DNA of 64,000 nt from a virus. Under the pieces are notes generated by a model. It ran no database searches, had not been told where the DNA came from, and was given only the letters and a program-made list of their open reading frames with translations. The translations under genes and the position numbers were made by a program. Location: the IMG/VR virus record IMGVR_UViG_3300009503_000019, positions 32,001 to 96,000 of that record. One strand, 5' to 3'. This document shows positions 18,554-28,749 of this stretch, one piece after another (position 1 is the first letter of the stretch; every line of letters begins with the position of its first letter).

Positions 18554-18597
18554 AAAATCTTTCCAATATACTTATAACATTTTTTAAGGAGAAAAAA

Positions 18598-19212
18598 ATG
18601 AACAAAGAATTGGTAAAAATTCAAAATGAATTAAATAGAGCGATGTATATATCTGATGACGAATTTGAAAAGAAATATATGGAATTTATAAATAACTTAT
18701 TAAAGATAAAAACTTTGGTTTATAAAATATATAATTTATTTCGGCATCGTTTTGTAGATAGACCGGGTTATATTTTTCCATGGTCTGGTAGAATAAATTT
18801 TAAAAAAACATATTATAGATTTAATATTCTTGATACAGTTGATAACTTAGAAATTGATATGTTAATAAATTTAACTTCTAATTTGTTATGGGGTATAAAA
18901 AGAATTTGTATAAAAAAAACACACGATATTATAGAAGTGCTTCAATCAAATTTTGATTTACCAATTGATATTAATATCAGATTAACTAAAAAAGGTAATT
19001 ATAATGTTTATTTTTACTGTCTAGTTTGGGATGAAAATTTTACTAATTGTCATTATGTTTCTATAAAATATTTAGATCAAAAAAATAAATTGTATTTAAA
19101 ATATAGAAACGAGATTGAATTCATAGCACATTATATTTTCTTAAGACTATGTGATACAAAATTGAAATTTATAATTGATACATTGAAGAATGATTTTAAG
19201 GGATTTTTATGA
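18598..19212 (+). CDS. Hypothetical protein
   Basis: AAGGAG RBS before ATG 18598; track start 18511 lies inside the hairpin. Confidence 0.55.
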   Translation: MNKELVKIQNELNRAMYISDDEFEKKYMEFINNLLKIKTLVYKIYNLFRHRFVDRPGYIFPWSGRINFKKTYYRFNILDTVDNLEIDMLINLTSNLLWGIKRICIKKTHDIIEVLQSNFDLPIDINIRLTKKGNYNVYFYCLVWDENFTNCHYVSIKYLDQKNKLYLKYRNEIEFIAHYIFLRLCDTKLKFIIDTLKNDFKGFL

Positions 19213-19794
19213 TAATTTTTTTTCTATTATTGAGAAAATATTAGATCTATTAATTATTCTAATGAGTAGATTTTTTATTTCTTTATTTAGATATCGTGAG
19301 AATTGTAAACTGGGTTTAGAATTTATATAAAAGAAATACAATCTAAAATCTTTAATTATTTTCTCTACAGTGATAATGTGAGGTTTAATGATTATATCTT
19401 CCAAGCGAATGTAAACATTTTTGTTTGCGGAGACTGTTAATTTTGATGGAAATGTATATTCAGAAGAATGTATTTGAAAAGATAGTATTTTTTCTGAAGG
19501 TATGGATATAGGAATTGTTAAATGTAAATATACATCGAAATATGAATTACCATTTGTTGCTGAAATTTTTAAAGACCAGTTTTTCATATATCCAAATAAA
19601 TAATTAAATCTTTCGACTTCAGAATTATGTAGATTGCAATTTAATTCAATTAAATTCATTAATATTTTATTATACAAATTTATTGCTTTTTCCGAGATTG
19701 ATATAAATTTTTCAATAATTTCTTTTTTTTCTTTTTTTATTTCATCGTTTGGGAGAAATAATGTTTTGTTAATAATAGCTAATGAATTTTCCAT
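19207..19794 (-). CDS. Hypothetical protein
   Basis: GGAGG RBS, 195-aa ORF. Confidence 0.55.
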   Translation of the reverse strand: MENSLAIINKTLFLPNDEIKKEKKEIIEKFISISEKAINLYNKILMNLIELNCNLHNSEVERFNYLFGYMKNWSLKISATNGNSYFDVYLHLTIPISIPSEKILSFQIHSSEYTFPSKLTVSANKNVYIRLEDIIIKPHIITVEKIIKDFRLYFFYINSKPSLQFSRYLNKEIKNLLIRIINRSNIFSIIEKKLS

Positions 19795-19805
19795 TTTTAC
19801 CTCCT

Positions 19806-19834
19806 TTGCATTTTTTTTAATTATTGTTTATAAT
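19806..19834 (+). promoter_or_regulatory. sigma70-like promoter for terminase operon
   Basis: TTGCAT-N17-TATAAT. Confidence 0.6.
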
Positions 19835-19841
19835 AATTCTT

Positions 19842-20621
19842 ATGAAATTACCATTTAGAAGATTTCTTGCTGCACTTATTGTTGATAGCCCTAATGATAT
19901 TAATTTGATCAAACGTATTCTTAGTGAATGCGGAATATTTATAACAGATAATGACGATATTTTAAGTTTCAGAGCTCGCATATTCAATAAATTCAAGCGT
20001 ATTCCTAAAAATAAGAATTTGACATTTAAGAAATTGGGTTTAACAGAATATTTAGAAAATAAAGAAAAAGGTAATATAGATTTTCTTGGGGCATATTTTG
20101 CACAAAAAGATCAATTTTTGAGAAAAGCATTTCAAGCATATATTTTTACTCATAACGAGAAATTTTTAGATTTTATTCCATCACAAAATAAAGAAACTGA
20201 AATAAATATATTTAAAAAATACTTTTTTGATATTGATAATTTATCTTTAGCAGAATGGACATATTATAAGAAATTTATTTCAGGAGCAGATGTGTTATTT
20301 TTAAATGCATTATTAAATAATGATTTGGGATTAGCCCTTCATTATCTCAAAAGGTCTATACCACCATCGGTTGAAGAGGGATTATCAAAATTATTATCAA
20401 TTTCATACTGGAGGGCAATGGAAACTGCTTATAATGCAGACCCATCTGATTTTATCAAACTATCGGACACTTTCTTAAAAATATATAAAGCATCCAAGGA
20501 CGTTTTAATTGAAAAGAAAAAAGAAACTTTACCTGATTTAATCTTTGAAGAGAAAAATCCAGAAGAAGATGAAAGGTTAGTTTCCTATGACGAACTTGGA
20601 AAACAATCAAAAACAAAGTAA
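19842..20621 (+). CDS. Hypothetical protein, possible terminase small subunit
   Basis: Helical protein directly upstream of and overlapping the TerL gene. Confidence 0.4.
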   Translation: MKLPFRRFLAALIVDSPNDINLIKRILSECGIFITDNDDILSFRARIFNKFKRIPKNKNLTFKKLGLTEYLENKEKGNIDFLGAYFAQKDQFLRKAFQAYIFTHNEKFLDFIPSQNKETEINIFKKYFFDIDNLSLAEWTYYKKFISGADVLFLNALLNNDLGLALHYLKRSIPPSVEEGLSKLLSISYWRAMETAYNADPSDFIKLSDTFLKIYKASKDVLIEKKKETLPDLIFEEKNPEEDERLVSYDELGKQSKTK

Positions 20622-22155
20622 AATTTCTCGCGCAGATATTGCTCAAAAAATTCTTTATTTGAGAGGAAACCCATTTTCTTTGAATGAACGGCCACATTTA
20701 AAATTTATTTATGATTATGCAGATAAGGTCTGGGTCATAAAAGCAGGTAGACAGGTAGAGAAATCTACTACATTGGCAGCAATTATTCTTACAGAATCGA
20801 TAATAATTCCACATTTTAATTCTTTATATGTAACTTATTCTAATAAGCAGGTTTCTGATTTCTCTTCAGATAAGATTGTTCCTATGATATTACATTCTCC
20901 ATTTGTAAGAAATTATTATCATTCCGGTGAAGTTGTGAAAAGAGTTACAGACAGAACTTTTACAAATGGCTCACATATTTTTTTGAGATCTGCATATAAT
21001 AATCCAGAAACATTAAGAGGTATTCCTGCCGATAGAGTAGTTTTCGATGAGGTTCAGAATTTGATTCCTGAAGTTATTTATGTAGCTGAGGAATCACTTG
21101 CTCATAGCAAATATCAATGGAAGATATTTTCAGGCACGGCAAAAACGAGAAATAATCTTATAGAGACTTACTGGAATCTTTCAAAGCAAATAGAGTATAT
21201 GATTAAATGTGAAGCGTGTAATAATTGGAATTATCAGGATGAAAAAATTATAGGTAAGGATTCTTATATATGTACTAAATGTGGGAAGAAAATTGATATC
21301 AGGAATGGAAGATTTGTAATGCTTAATCCATCAGGCAAATTTATGGGAATTCGTATTACTCAAGTTATGGTTCCATGGATGACTTTTGAAAATATTAAAG
21401 AAAAATTTGAGTTAAAGCCAATGTCTTATTTTTATAATGAAGTCCTCGGACTTCCTTATGAATCAATGGAACAGCCCGTTACAGAATTAGAACTTCGTCA
21501 ATGTTGTTCCGACTACCCAATGAATCTGGATTTTGTGAAATCAATTCCTTATGAATCAATTATTGTAGGTATTGACTGGGGAATGGGATTGAATTCTTCT
21601 ACTGTTGTGACAATAGGGCATCTACATGCGGGTAAAGCTCGTGTTTTGTATGCAGTTCGTATTATGGAAACAGATGCAGTAAAGCAATATGAACAGATTA
21701 AAAATTTATTATCATATTGTAAAGCGTCTATTATAATTACTGATTTTGGTGCGGGATTTGGCTTAAATGACATGTTAAGAAGAGATTTTAATATGGTTAT
21801 TCCAGTTTTATATACAGAAGGTGGTGTGGGAAAGGTTTTAAAATGGGATACAAAAGGAAAAAAATATATTGCGTTGAGAACACCATTATTGAATATTGTT
21901 TTCAGTTCTTTAAAACGGCAGGATATCATATTTCCTAAATATGAGAATATAAAAGATTTTTTACAGGATATAATGAATGTTTATGTTGATTACAGAACAG
22001 TTAAAGGAAGAGAAATTCCATATTATACTCATAATGTGCAAGAATATGATGATTTTTTACATAGCCTTACTTATTTCTTAATTGGATGCTGGTTATATTC
22101 TGGAAAACAATATTTATTTACGTCAGTTGCGGAATTTCCAAGAGAATTTGAGTAA
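20587..22155 (+). CDS. terL: Terminase large subunit (GpA-like)
   Basis: Walker A KAGRQVEKST, LRG...VVFDEVQ, Zn-finger CEAC...CTKC, nuclease VGIDWG and DDFLHS. Confidence 0.9.
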   Translation: MTNLENNQKQSKISRADIAQKILYLRGNPFSLNERPHLKFIYDYADKVWVIKAGRQVEKSTTLAAIILTESIIIPHFNSLYVTYSNKQVSDFSSDKIVPMILHSPFVRNYYHSGEVVKRVTDRTFTNGSHIFLRSAYNNPETLRGIPADRVVFDEVQNLIPEVIYVAEESLAHSKYQWKIFSGTAKTRNNLIETYWNLSKQIEYMIKCEACNNWNYQDEKIIGKDSYICTKCGKKIDIRNGRFVMLNPSGKFMGIRITQVMVPWMTFENIKEKFELKPMSYFYNEVLGLPYESMEQPVTELELRQCCSDYPMNLDFVKSIPYESIIVGIDWGMGLNSSTVVTIGHLHAGKARVLYAVRIMETDAVKQYEQIKNLLSYCKASIIITDFGAGFGLNDMLRRDFNMVIPVLYTEGGVGKVLKWDTKGKKYIALRTPLLNIVFSSLKRQDIIFPKYENIKDFLQDIMNVYVDYRTVKGREIPYYTHNVQEYDDFLHSLTYFLIGCWLYSGKQYLFTSVAEFPREFE

Positions 22156-22157
22156 AT

Positions 22158-22186
22158 TTGACATCATTTAAAAAAAATTGTATTAT
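22158..22186 (+). promoter_or_regulatory. sigma70-like promoter for head operon
   Basis: TTGACA-N17-TATTAT. Confidence 0.65.
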
Positions 22187-23293
22187 ATTCTTATGTTTAA
22201 AACTGCAATAAAACTTGATGAAGATGCGATAAGTCTTCTGGCTTCTGTAGCTGCTAATGATTATATAGAGAACAATACTCCACCTGCAGAAGCAATCGCT
22301 AAAGTAATAGTTGAACAAGGATATGAACTTACGCCAGAGCAAGTTTCGAGAATTGCTGAAAAAACTAATAACTATATATATTTGCAGTTATTAAAAACTA
22401 AAAAACAACCTCCTAAATTTCCAGTTGCAAAACGTGATGATATATTAAAAATTATTGATCAAAAAATTCATCCTCCTGAAAAAACCGCTAATCATCCTAT
22501 ATCTTCGTTATTTGATAAAGAATTGAAAGATTATTCTGATTTATTCGACAGATATATTGAACAATTATTATCCAAAACTGGTAGTAAAGAAATTGAAAAA
22601 GACAAGATTTCATCTCCATCCATTCCTTATTTTGAAGTTGTTGATGATTTGAAAAAGTTTAAATTTATTGTTGAGGATGAAATTGAAAAAATTGAATCTG
22701 GGCGATTTGAAACTTTGAATAGTATGATTAAAAAGGCGGCAAATGAAATAGTTAATAATGAATTAAAATTAACTGATTTTGTCAAATTCATATTCAAAAC
22801 TGCAAATAATGAAGTATTAGCACAGGAAATTATTTTAGAACTTGATAAAGAATTAAATAAACTCGGATTTAATAAATATGCAAATCAACCTAAATATTTA
22901 ATTAGACAATCTCCTATGCAATATACATATACTTTGACAACAATTATGGATCAGGATGCTTACAGAGATGCCCTATACAAACTTCCAACTATAACGAATG
23001 ACTGGATTATGTATCTGGAGAAAACAATGAGTGATTTGATAGAAATGAATAAAATCGCAGAATCAGTACCAGAAACAATATTAATAAAGATTTTAAATGA
23101 TGTTGTTGTTCCAGCGCATAATGCGGGATTATTTAAGAAATCTCAAGAAGCTGCAATATGGGCAAAATCTACACTTTCAAAGGAACCATGGTATAAAAGC
23201 TTTTTTAGTCTCAAGAAAGGACTGAAAGCAGTTAAGAGTCATGGATTATGGTCTTTATTTGGAACATTTCTTGAACCGGGGTTGAAGATATGA
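22178..23293 (+). CDS. Head-associated hypothetical protein with multiple K-x-A motifs
   Basis: KTAI, KTAN (twice), KAAN, KYAN, KIAE; located between TerL and the protease. Confidence 0.5.
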   Translation: MYYILMFKTAIKLDEDAISLLASVAANDYIENNTPPAEAIAKVIVEQGYELTPEQVSRIAEKTNNYIYLQLLKTKKQPPKFPVAKRDDILKIIDQKIHPPEKTANHPISSLFDKELKDYSDLFDRYIEQLLSKTGSKEIEKDKISSPSIPYFEVVDDLKKFKFIVEDEIEKIESGRFETLNSMIKKAANEIVNNELKLTDFVKFIFKTANNEVLAQEIILELDKELNKLGFNKYANQPKYLIRQSPMQYTYTLTTIMDQDAYRDALYKLPTITNDWIMYLEKTMSDLIEMNKIAESVPETILIKILNDVVVPAHNAGLFKKSQEAAIWAKSTLSKEPWYKSFFSLKKGLKAVKSHGLWSLFGTFLEPGLKI

Positions 23294-23790
23294 AGAAAAG
23301 AATTGTAACAAAAAAAGCTATGAAAAAACAGGCTGGTGCTATTGCACCAATTAAATTGGAATCATGGGCACTTCCGCTTGCAGTTACTGCGTTAGGAGCA
23401 ACTACCGTTGGATTTCCTTTACTCGTAGAGGCAATTCACCATGCAAAATTGAAGAAGCAGCAAGAACGAGCGTACCAAGTTGCTACTAAATTATATGAAC
23501 CTGAATTGAAATCATATCCGGAGCAAGAGAAAAGATTATATTTTCATACATTGAGAACATTGGCTCCTTCATTAGCAACCGATCCGATACTTGTAGGGAC
23601 TTTTTTAAAGCAAACTCTTGCTATGAGAGCAATTGATCCTAATCTCATAAAAAATTTAAGAGAAGCAACTCCCGTAGAAAGGATGGTGTATACGCATACA
23701 CCTCCAATGGCTACGGAAGCTGGAAAGATGCTTGCACAAACAATATTAGGTTTAGGCACAATTGGACCTACTGGAACTAGTGAGACATGA
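23290..23790 (+). CDS. Putative head cargo/ejection protein with hydrophobic helix
   Basis: MKKQAG followed by a hydrophobic segment WALPLAVTALGATTVGFPLLV. Confidence 0.5.
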   Translation: MKKRIVTKKAMKKQAGAIAPIKLESWALPLAVTALGATTVGFPLLVEAIHHAKLKKQQERAYQVATKLYEPELKSYPEQEKRLYFHTLRTLAPSLATDPILVGTFLKQTLAMRAIDPNLIKNLREATPVERMVYTHTPPMATEAGKMLAQTILGLGTIGPTGTSET

Positions 23791-24983
23791 TAAAAACTAT
23801 AACAATACCTTATCAAGATAAAGAAGGATTAAGAATTTCTGTTGTTAATAAAAAATGTCTCCATAAACTTGCGAGTGATTCTTTATCCCAAGAATTAGAT
23901 AAATTCTTATCTAATGAGCCTCCGCGTAAAAATGAATCTTATATTTTGATTAATGCATTAGGTGCAGGAGAAATATGGGGTCCTAATAATCGTGGTGATT
24001 ATTTTCCCGAATCTCAATTGAATGTGGAAAATCCCACATATGGATATAAAACTTTTGAAGTTTATGGAAATTTTTATCAACATCATGAAAATAAAGTTTT
24101 TGCAAATCGCATTGGTTATGTGAAAAAAGCAATATGGGTAGATGATTTAAAAAAAGTTTATCTTATTGTTTCTGCAGGAAGAATGTATGGTCCAATTTCA
24201 GAAAAAATTGTTATTGATATTGAATCTGGAAAACCAGTTGCTACATCCATGGGATGTCGTGTTCCATACGAAGTATGTTCTTTATGTTTAAAAAAAATTA
24301 CATCATTTCCAGAGAGGTGTGAACATCTTAAGTATCACATGAATGAAATCCTTGACGATGGCCAGCAAATATTTGCTATAAACTATTATCCCTTATTTTT
24401 TGATATATCTGCAGTATATTCTCCTGCAGATCAAACTTCTTATGTACTTGCAAAAGTTGCTTCTGATAAAGTTGCAGATATGGAAAAAAGGTTCCCTGCA
24501 TTGACTTTGCCTTTATCTGTGGATGAAGAAACTTATAGGAAAGCTGCTCTAATTCGTATGTTAAGACAGAGAGAACCATTTTTACATGAATTAGAATATA
24601 TGCATGATTATTTTGATCCAAGAGAATTATTATCAGCATTAACTCTTGGTGGAATTGCACTTTCTCCTTATGAATTCAATAAATATTTTGGTAAATTTCC
24701 TGGATTTACTGAAGAAATCAGTCCAAATTTACTAAGTATTATTCCACAATTAGCAGAAAAAAGATCAATATTTAAACCATATGTTCAAAAAAGAATAACA
24801 ATAATAATTCAAGGAGCTCCTCAGCCTCCTGCTGAAACTACAAGAGAGTATTTGAAATATAAATTATTCTTAAAACAAATACTACCATTTATTCTGGAGA
24901 AGTTTAGAGAATTATTATCAATAATAGATGCGGAAATGGTTGGAATTGACCCTGAATTATTAGATTATTATCTGGAGATGTAA
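23787..24983 (+). CDS. Prohead (capsid maturation) protease
   Basis: GPNNRGDYFP, FYQHHENK (His), ATSMGC (Ser), CSLC...CEH zinc finger; precedes capsid genes. Confidence 0.75.
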   Translation: MIKTITIPYQDKEGLRISVVNKKCLHKLASDSLSQELDKFLSNEPPRKNESYILINALGAGEIWGPNNRGDYFPESQLNVENPTYGYKTFEVYGNFYQHHENKVFANRIGYVKKAIWVDDLKKVYLIVSAGRMYGPISEKIVIDIESGKPVATSMGCRVPYEVCSLCLKKITSFPERCEHLKYHMNEILDDGQQIFAINYYPLFFDISAVYSPADQTSYVLAKVASDKVADMEKRFPALTLPLSVDEETYRKAALIRMLRQREPFLHELEYMHDYFDPRELLSALTLGGIALSPYEFNKYFGKFPGFTEEISPNLLSIIPQLAEKRSIFKPYVQKRITIIIQGAPQPPAETTREYLKYKLFLKQILPFILEKFRELLSIIDAEMVGIDPELLDYYLEM

Positions 24984-24986
24984 AAA

Positions 24987-25340
24987 ATGGAAGATTTAAT
25001 TTTACAAGCATTAATCAAAGAAGCAGCTGCTGAAAAATTATTAGAAGAAGCAGAATTATTAAAAATTGCAGCAGAACAATTGTCTGCTCCCCCTAAACCA
25101 GAATTACCATGGTCTTATAGACATCCTGTATTAGCGAATGCTTCAGCATTAGCGACTATGGGGCTATTGGCGGCATCTCCATTCGCAATTCGAAAATTTA
25201 TAACAAAAGAACCTGAAGAAGCATGGGGATTGCTTGCTAGTGGGCTTCTTGCAGGTGTTGTAATCGGAGGGTTACGTGGACATCTCCAATCTCGCGAATT
25301 GGAAAGATATAAAAGAATGAAAAAATTAGGAATAACATGA
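24987..25340 (+). CDS. KEAAA-leader paralog with two hydrophobic Gly-rich helices
   Basis: QALIKEAAAEKLLEEAELLKIA leader. Confidence 0.65.
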   Translation: MEDLILQALIKEAAAEKLLEEAELLKIAAEQLSAPPKPELPWSYRHPVLANASALATMGLLAASPFAIRKFITKEPEEAWGLLASGLLAGVVIGGLRGHLQSRELERYKRMKKLGIT

Positions 25341-25394
25341 GAAATTTGCTTTTTAAATTTTTTTTGATATCATTATCAAAAATGGAGGTTTGCG

Positions 25395-25880
25395 ATGTAT
25401 TACTTAGAAGACTTAATCGAAGAGGCAATGCTTAAAGAAGCCGCGGCACTAGAACTTCTAGAAGAAAGTGATTATCTATATAAACTTGCAGCGGCTGAAG
25501 CTAAAGCAGAAGAAGAGGAAGAATTAGCGGATGAAGAACCTACTGAAGAGGAACTTGAGGAAGAAGAGGAAGAAAAAAAGGCATTTGGAGGTCTAATGAG
25601 AGCTCTTAAATTACGATTACTCAGTAGATTAGCTCCGGATGTAGAAACTTTTGCAGAAGCTTTAGGTCGACGTGCCGCTAGAAGAATGGGTCCAGAACAG
25701 TTTAGGGCATTAGGGATGAGAGAAATTGGTGAAGCTTTAGGCAGACCTGCGAGAACGATAGGAAGAGAATCCTGGTGGTCTAGATACGGTGCTCCTATAG
25801 GAATTGGACTAGGTGGTGTTGGAGCGGGATTAGGTGCAGCAGCTCTTATAGATTTATTATCAAAACCACGTGGATTATAA
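25395..25880 (+). CDS. KEAAA-leader paralog, acidic spacer, Arg-rich region, Gly-zipper helix
   Basis: EAMLKEAAALELLEESDYLYKLA leader; GIGLGGVGAGLGAAA helix. Confidence 0.65.
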   Translation: MYYLEDLIEEAMLKEAAALELLEESDYLYKLAAAEAKAEEEEELADEEPTEEELEEEEEEKKAFGGLMRALKLRLLSRLAPDVETFAEALGRRAARRMGPEQFRALGMREIGEALGRPARTIGRESWWSRYGAPIGIGLGGVGAGLGAAALIDLLSKPRGL

Positions 25881-25900
25881 TATTGATAATTCATTTAAAG

Positions 25901-25929
25901 TTGACAAAAGATTTTTTTTATATTAAAAT
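25901..25929 (+). promoter_or_regulatory. sigma70-like promoter
   Basis: TTGACA-N17-TAAAAT. Confidence 0.65.
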
Positions 25930-25960
25930 TGACAACAATAAAATTTAAGGAGGTTAAAAA

Positions 25961-26794
25961 ATGGCCGGAATAGATGAGCTTATAAGGACAATTTTATCCG
26001 AAGGTGATGCTGAACTTCAGAAACTTGCTGAAGACTTAAATACAGAATTACTCGCTCAGAAAAAAAATGAAGAAAAAATTCTGAAATCTTATGAGAAGCA
26101 GGGACAAGCATTTGCAAGAGGATTTATCAATGAACTTCGTAAAAGAGGATTTGGTAAACTTGCTCAGGGAATAGTTTCTCCTGCAGTTACGCCTGAATCA
26201 AATGTTGAAAAACAACCTGAGCCTGCCGCTCCAACAGTGAATGAACCTACGGGTGAAGCTCCAGAAGATGTTGGAGAAGCAATAGAAACAATGATTGCAG
26301 CACCAGAAGCTGCATCGGATGTTGCGGGAGAGAATGTAACTGCAATAGAAGGACAGATGGAAACAACTCCTGGTGGAGAAACTCAACCAGTCGATGAGGC
26401 TGCTCTTGATGCATTAAATACTCTTATTCAAGGTGCTGTATCACAAAGTCCAGAAGCCGCATCTGCTGTTGCATCTACATCGCCATCTGCAGAACAACAG
26501 GCGCAGTCTCGAACTTCTAGCATAGAAGCTGCTCTTAGCGATCTAGCTTCTCAACTTGAAGTTACTTCTCAAGCCACTACACCGGAAGAAGTTATAGACC
26601 AAGCAATAGGAGAAGGAGAATCTGCACCTTCTTCAGAAGCTGCACCAGCCACACCAACCGGAGGATTAATAATGGATCCTACAACTGGATTATTGGTTAA
26701 CCCTGCTACTGGCGAAGCTTATGATCCACTAACTGGAATGCCTGTAGAAGCATCATTCTATGATCCTTGGTTGTACCCATTTTATGAATATTAA
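25961..26794 (+). CDS. Acidic Ala/Glu/Pro-rich scaffold/core-like protein
   Basis: Low-complexity acidic body, KLA motifs, position before capsid genes. Confidence 0.5.
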   Translation: MAGIDELIRTILSEGDAELQKLAEDLNTELLAQKKNEEKILKSYEKQGQAFARGFINELRKRGFGKLAQGIVSPAVTPESNVEKQPEPAAPTVNEPTGEAPEDVGEAIETMIAAPEAASDVAGENVTAIEGQMETTPGGETQPVDEAALDALNTLIQGAVSQSPEAASAVASTSPSAEQQAQSRTSSIEAALSDLASQLEVTSQATTPEEVIDQAIGEGESAPSSEAAPATPTGGLIMDPTTGLLVNPATGEAYDPLTGMPVEASFYDPWLYPFYEY

Positions 26795-26815
26795 TATTAA
26801 AAATGGAGGCTAGCC

Positions 26816-27061
26816 ATGTATAGAGACGAAGCACTTTTTGAGGATCCGCTGGTAAAAATAGCGGAAAAGGAATTAAAATTTCCTACAATAACAGAATTTG
26901 AAAAAATCGCCGCTGGATATCGCTTGAAGTTAAATGCTCATGATCTTAAAACAGCACAGAAAATTGCTTCTATGATAAAATTCTTTTCAAAACATCCAAA
27001 AGTTGCTACCGTAGTTCGCGATGCGGCAACTATTGGTTTGATTAAGTCTAGAAAAAAATAA
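26816..27061 (+). CDS. Small K-x-A-motif protein
   Basis: KIAE, KIAA, KIAS motifs; GGAGG RBS. Confidence 0.55.
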   Translation: MYRDEALFEDPLVKIAEKELKFPTITEFEKIAAGYRLKLNAHDLKTAQKIASMIKFFSKHPKVATVVRDAATIGLIKSRKK

Positions 27062-27079
27062 TTTATAAGGAGGTTTAAA

Positions 27080-27430
27080 ATGATGTACTACGACGACATA
27101 AACGCTCTTTTAGAAGAGGCAATGATAAAAGAAGCAGCTGCTGAAGAGCTGCTTGCTGAAAGTGAAGAGCTTTATAAATTGGCTCAACTTGGAGAACTTT
27201 TAGGGATTCCTGCTGCAGAAGTTTTATCTCGTGCAAGACAAGAGACTGTTCCAATTACGCAACTTGTAGGATATGAAACAAGACTTACTCCTAGTGTAAC
27301 ACAAAGAATGAGAGCAGCTTTAGCAAGATTAATAAGAGCTAAGGCGTTCTTACCTACTGCAGTCGGTCTAGGAGCTCTCGGACTTGGTGCTGGAGCAGGA
27401 TATTTAGCAGCTCGTCCACGTAAGAGATAA
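27080..27430 (+). CDS. KEAAA-leader paralog with C-terminal Gly-zipper helix and basic tail
   Basis: EAMIKEAAAEELLAESEELYKLA; AVGLGALGLGAGAGYL; RPRKR. Confidence 0.65.
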   Translation: MMYYDDINALLEEAMIKEAAAEELLAESEELYKLAQLGELLGIPAAEVLSRARQETVPITQLVGYETRLTPSVTQRMRAALARLIRAKAFLPTAVGLGALGLGAGAGYLAARPRKR

Positions 27431-27439
27431 AAATAATTA

Positions 27440-27847
27440 ATGCATTCTTCTATCTTCTACACTAGAGCGTTGATGAAAAGCGCAGCAGCGGAAAAACTTC
27501 ATATTGAAAGTATATTGCTTTATAAATTGGCTGGAGAACTTTATCGCGAAGAAACAGAAGCATTATTAAAATCAATAGGAATTAATCCAGAAACTGTTGT
27601 ATATCATCCTCCTCTAGGCGAACTTTATAGACAAGAAGTTGCCCCTGTAATTCAAGCACGTCCACAAGAAATATTATCTGCCGAACAAGAGATAGCTGAA
27701 CTTCCGAAAACTATCGAAACTGCTCAACAGGCAGGTAAACTTAGAAGATTAATTAAATCCAAAGCATTCTTACCGGCGGCAGTTGGTCTCGGAGCTTTAG
27801 GACTTGGTTTAGGTGGGAGCTACTTATTATCCCATAGGAGATATTAA
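27440..27847 (+). CDS. KSAAA-leader paralog with C-terminal Gly-zipper helix
   Basis: RALMKSAAAEKLHIESILLYKLA; AVGLGALGLGLGGSYL. Confidence 0.65.
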   Translation: MHSSIFYTRALMKSAAAEKLHIESILLYKLAGELYREETEALLKSIGINPETVVYHPPLGELYRQEVAPVIQARPQEILSAEQEIAELPKTIETAQQAGKLRRLIKSKAFLPAAVGLGALGLGLGGSYLLSHRRY

Positions 27848-28458
27848 TGTATTATTCTAATTTCAATACTGATATTAATTCTTTAAAAGAATCTCTTATT
27901 CTTGATGAGCTTCAAAAGGAATTGATAAAAGAAGCACAATGGGAATGGTTAAAACAGTTAGGACGTCGTGTTTCAGGCGGTTTTGCTCGATATTTTAGAG
28001 GAGCGTCGCCTGCAATTAGAACATCCGCAGAGGAAGCTGCACGACAAAGAGAATTATATGAACATTTCATAAGAGGTCTTCCTGGAGCAGAAGCAACTCG
28101 TAAAGGACGGATAGGACGTGCTTTTGAAAAAGCAAAAGGATTACTACGACGAAAACAAAAAGTTCCAGAAGCTCCGGCAGCAAAAGGACCAGGTGAACGT
28201 TATTGGGGAGAGGTTGCACCTGTGATTCAACCACGTCCTGCGGAGAGAATTGAAGAAGCATTTGAAACTGCATTAGCTAGAGAGACTGCAACTCAGCCTA
28301 CTGCAACAGAAGTGGCTCAAACTGTGACTCAAACTGCTCCAGTAGCAGAAACTACTCAAGGTCGAAGATGGATTGGTCCAGCAATTGTTGGTGGTGGATT
28401 GGCAGCAGGTGGATTATTAGGATATGGTTTAAGTAGAAGAAGGAGAGAAGAAGAATGA
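27847..28458 (+). CDS. Divergent leader paralog, Arg-rich, C-terminal Gly-zipper helix
   Basis: ELIKEAQ; IVGGGLAAGGLLGYGL; RRRR tail. Confidence 0.65.
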   Translation: MYYSNFNTDINSLKESLILDELQKELIKEAQWEWLKQLGRRVSGGFARYFRGASPAIRTSAEEAARQRELYEHFIRGLPGAEATRKGRIGRAFEKAKGLLRRKQKVPEAPAAKGPGERYWGEVAPVIQPRPAERIEEAFETALARETATQPTATEVAQTVTQTAPVAETTQGRRWIGPAIVGGGLAAGGLLGYGLSRRRREEE

Positions 28459-28730
28459 TGCCTTATAGAGATTTAATTTTTGAGGCAATGTTAAAAGAAG
28501 CGGCAGCATACGAACTTCTGAGAGAAAGTAATTATTTGTATAAACTCGCAGGTGGATTCTGGGCTAGAGCTGGCGAATACTTATCAAAAGTTCCAGAATA
28601 CTGGCAGAAATTCAGAACTTCTAAATATTTCTGGCCTACTGTTGCAGGTGTTGGGGGATTAACCGTTGGTGGACTAGGTGGTGCAGTGTATGGACTCAGT
28701 AGACCCAGGAAACGATATATTGAAGAATAA
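28455..28730 (+). CDS. KEAAA-leader paralog with C-terminal Gly-zipper helix
   Basis: EAMLKEAAAYELLRESNYLYKLA; VAGVGGLTVGGLGGAVYGL; RPRKR. Confidence 0.65.
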   Translation: MMPYRDLIFEAMLKEAAAYELLRESNYLYKLAGGFWARAGEYLSKVPEYWQKFRTSKYFWPTVAGVGGLTVGGLGGAVYGLSRPRKRYIEE

Positions 28731-28749
28731 AATTAAGGAGGTTTAAAAA

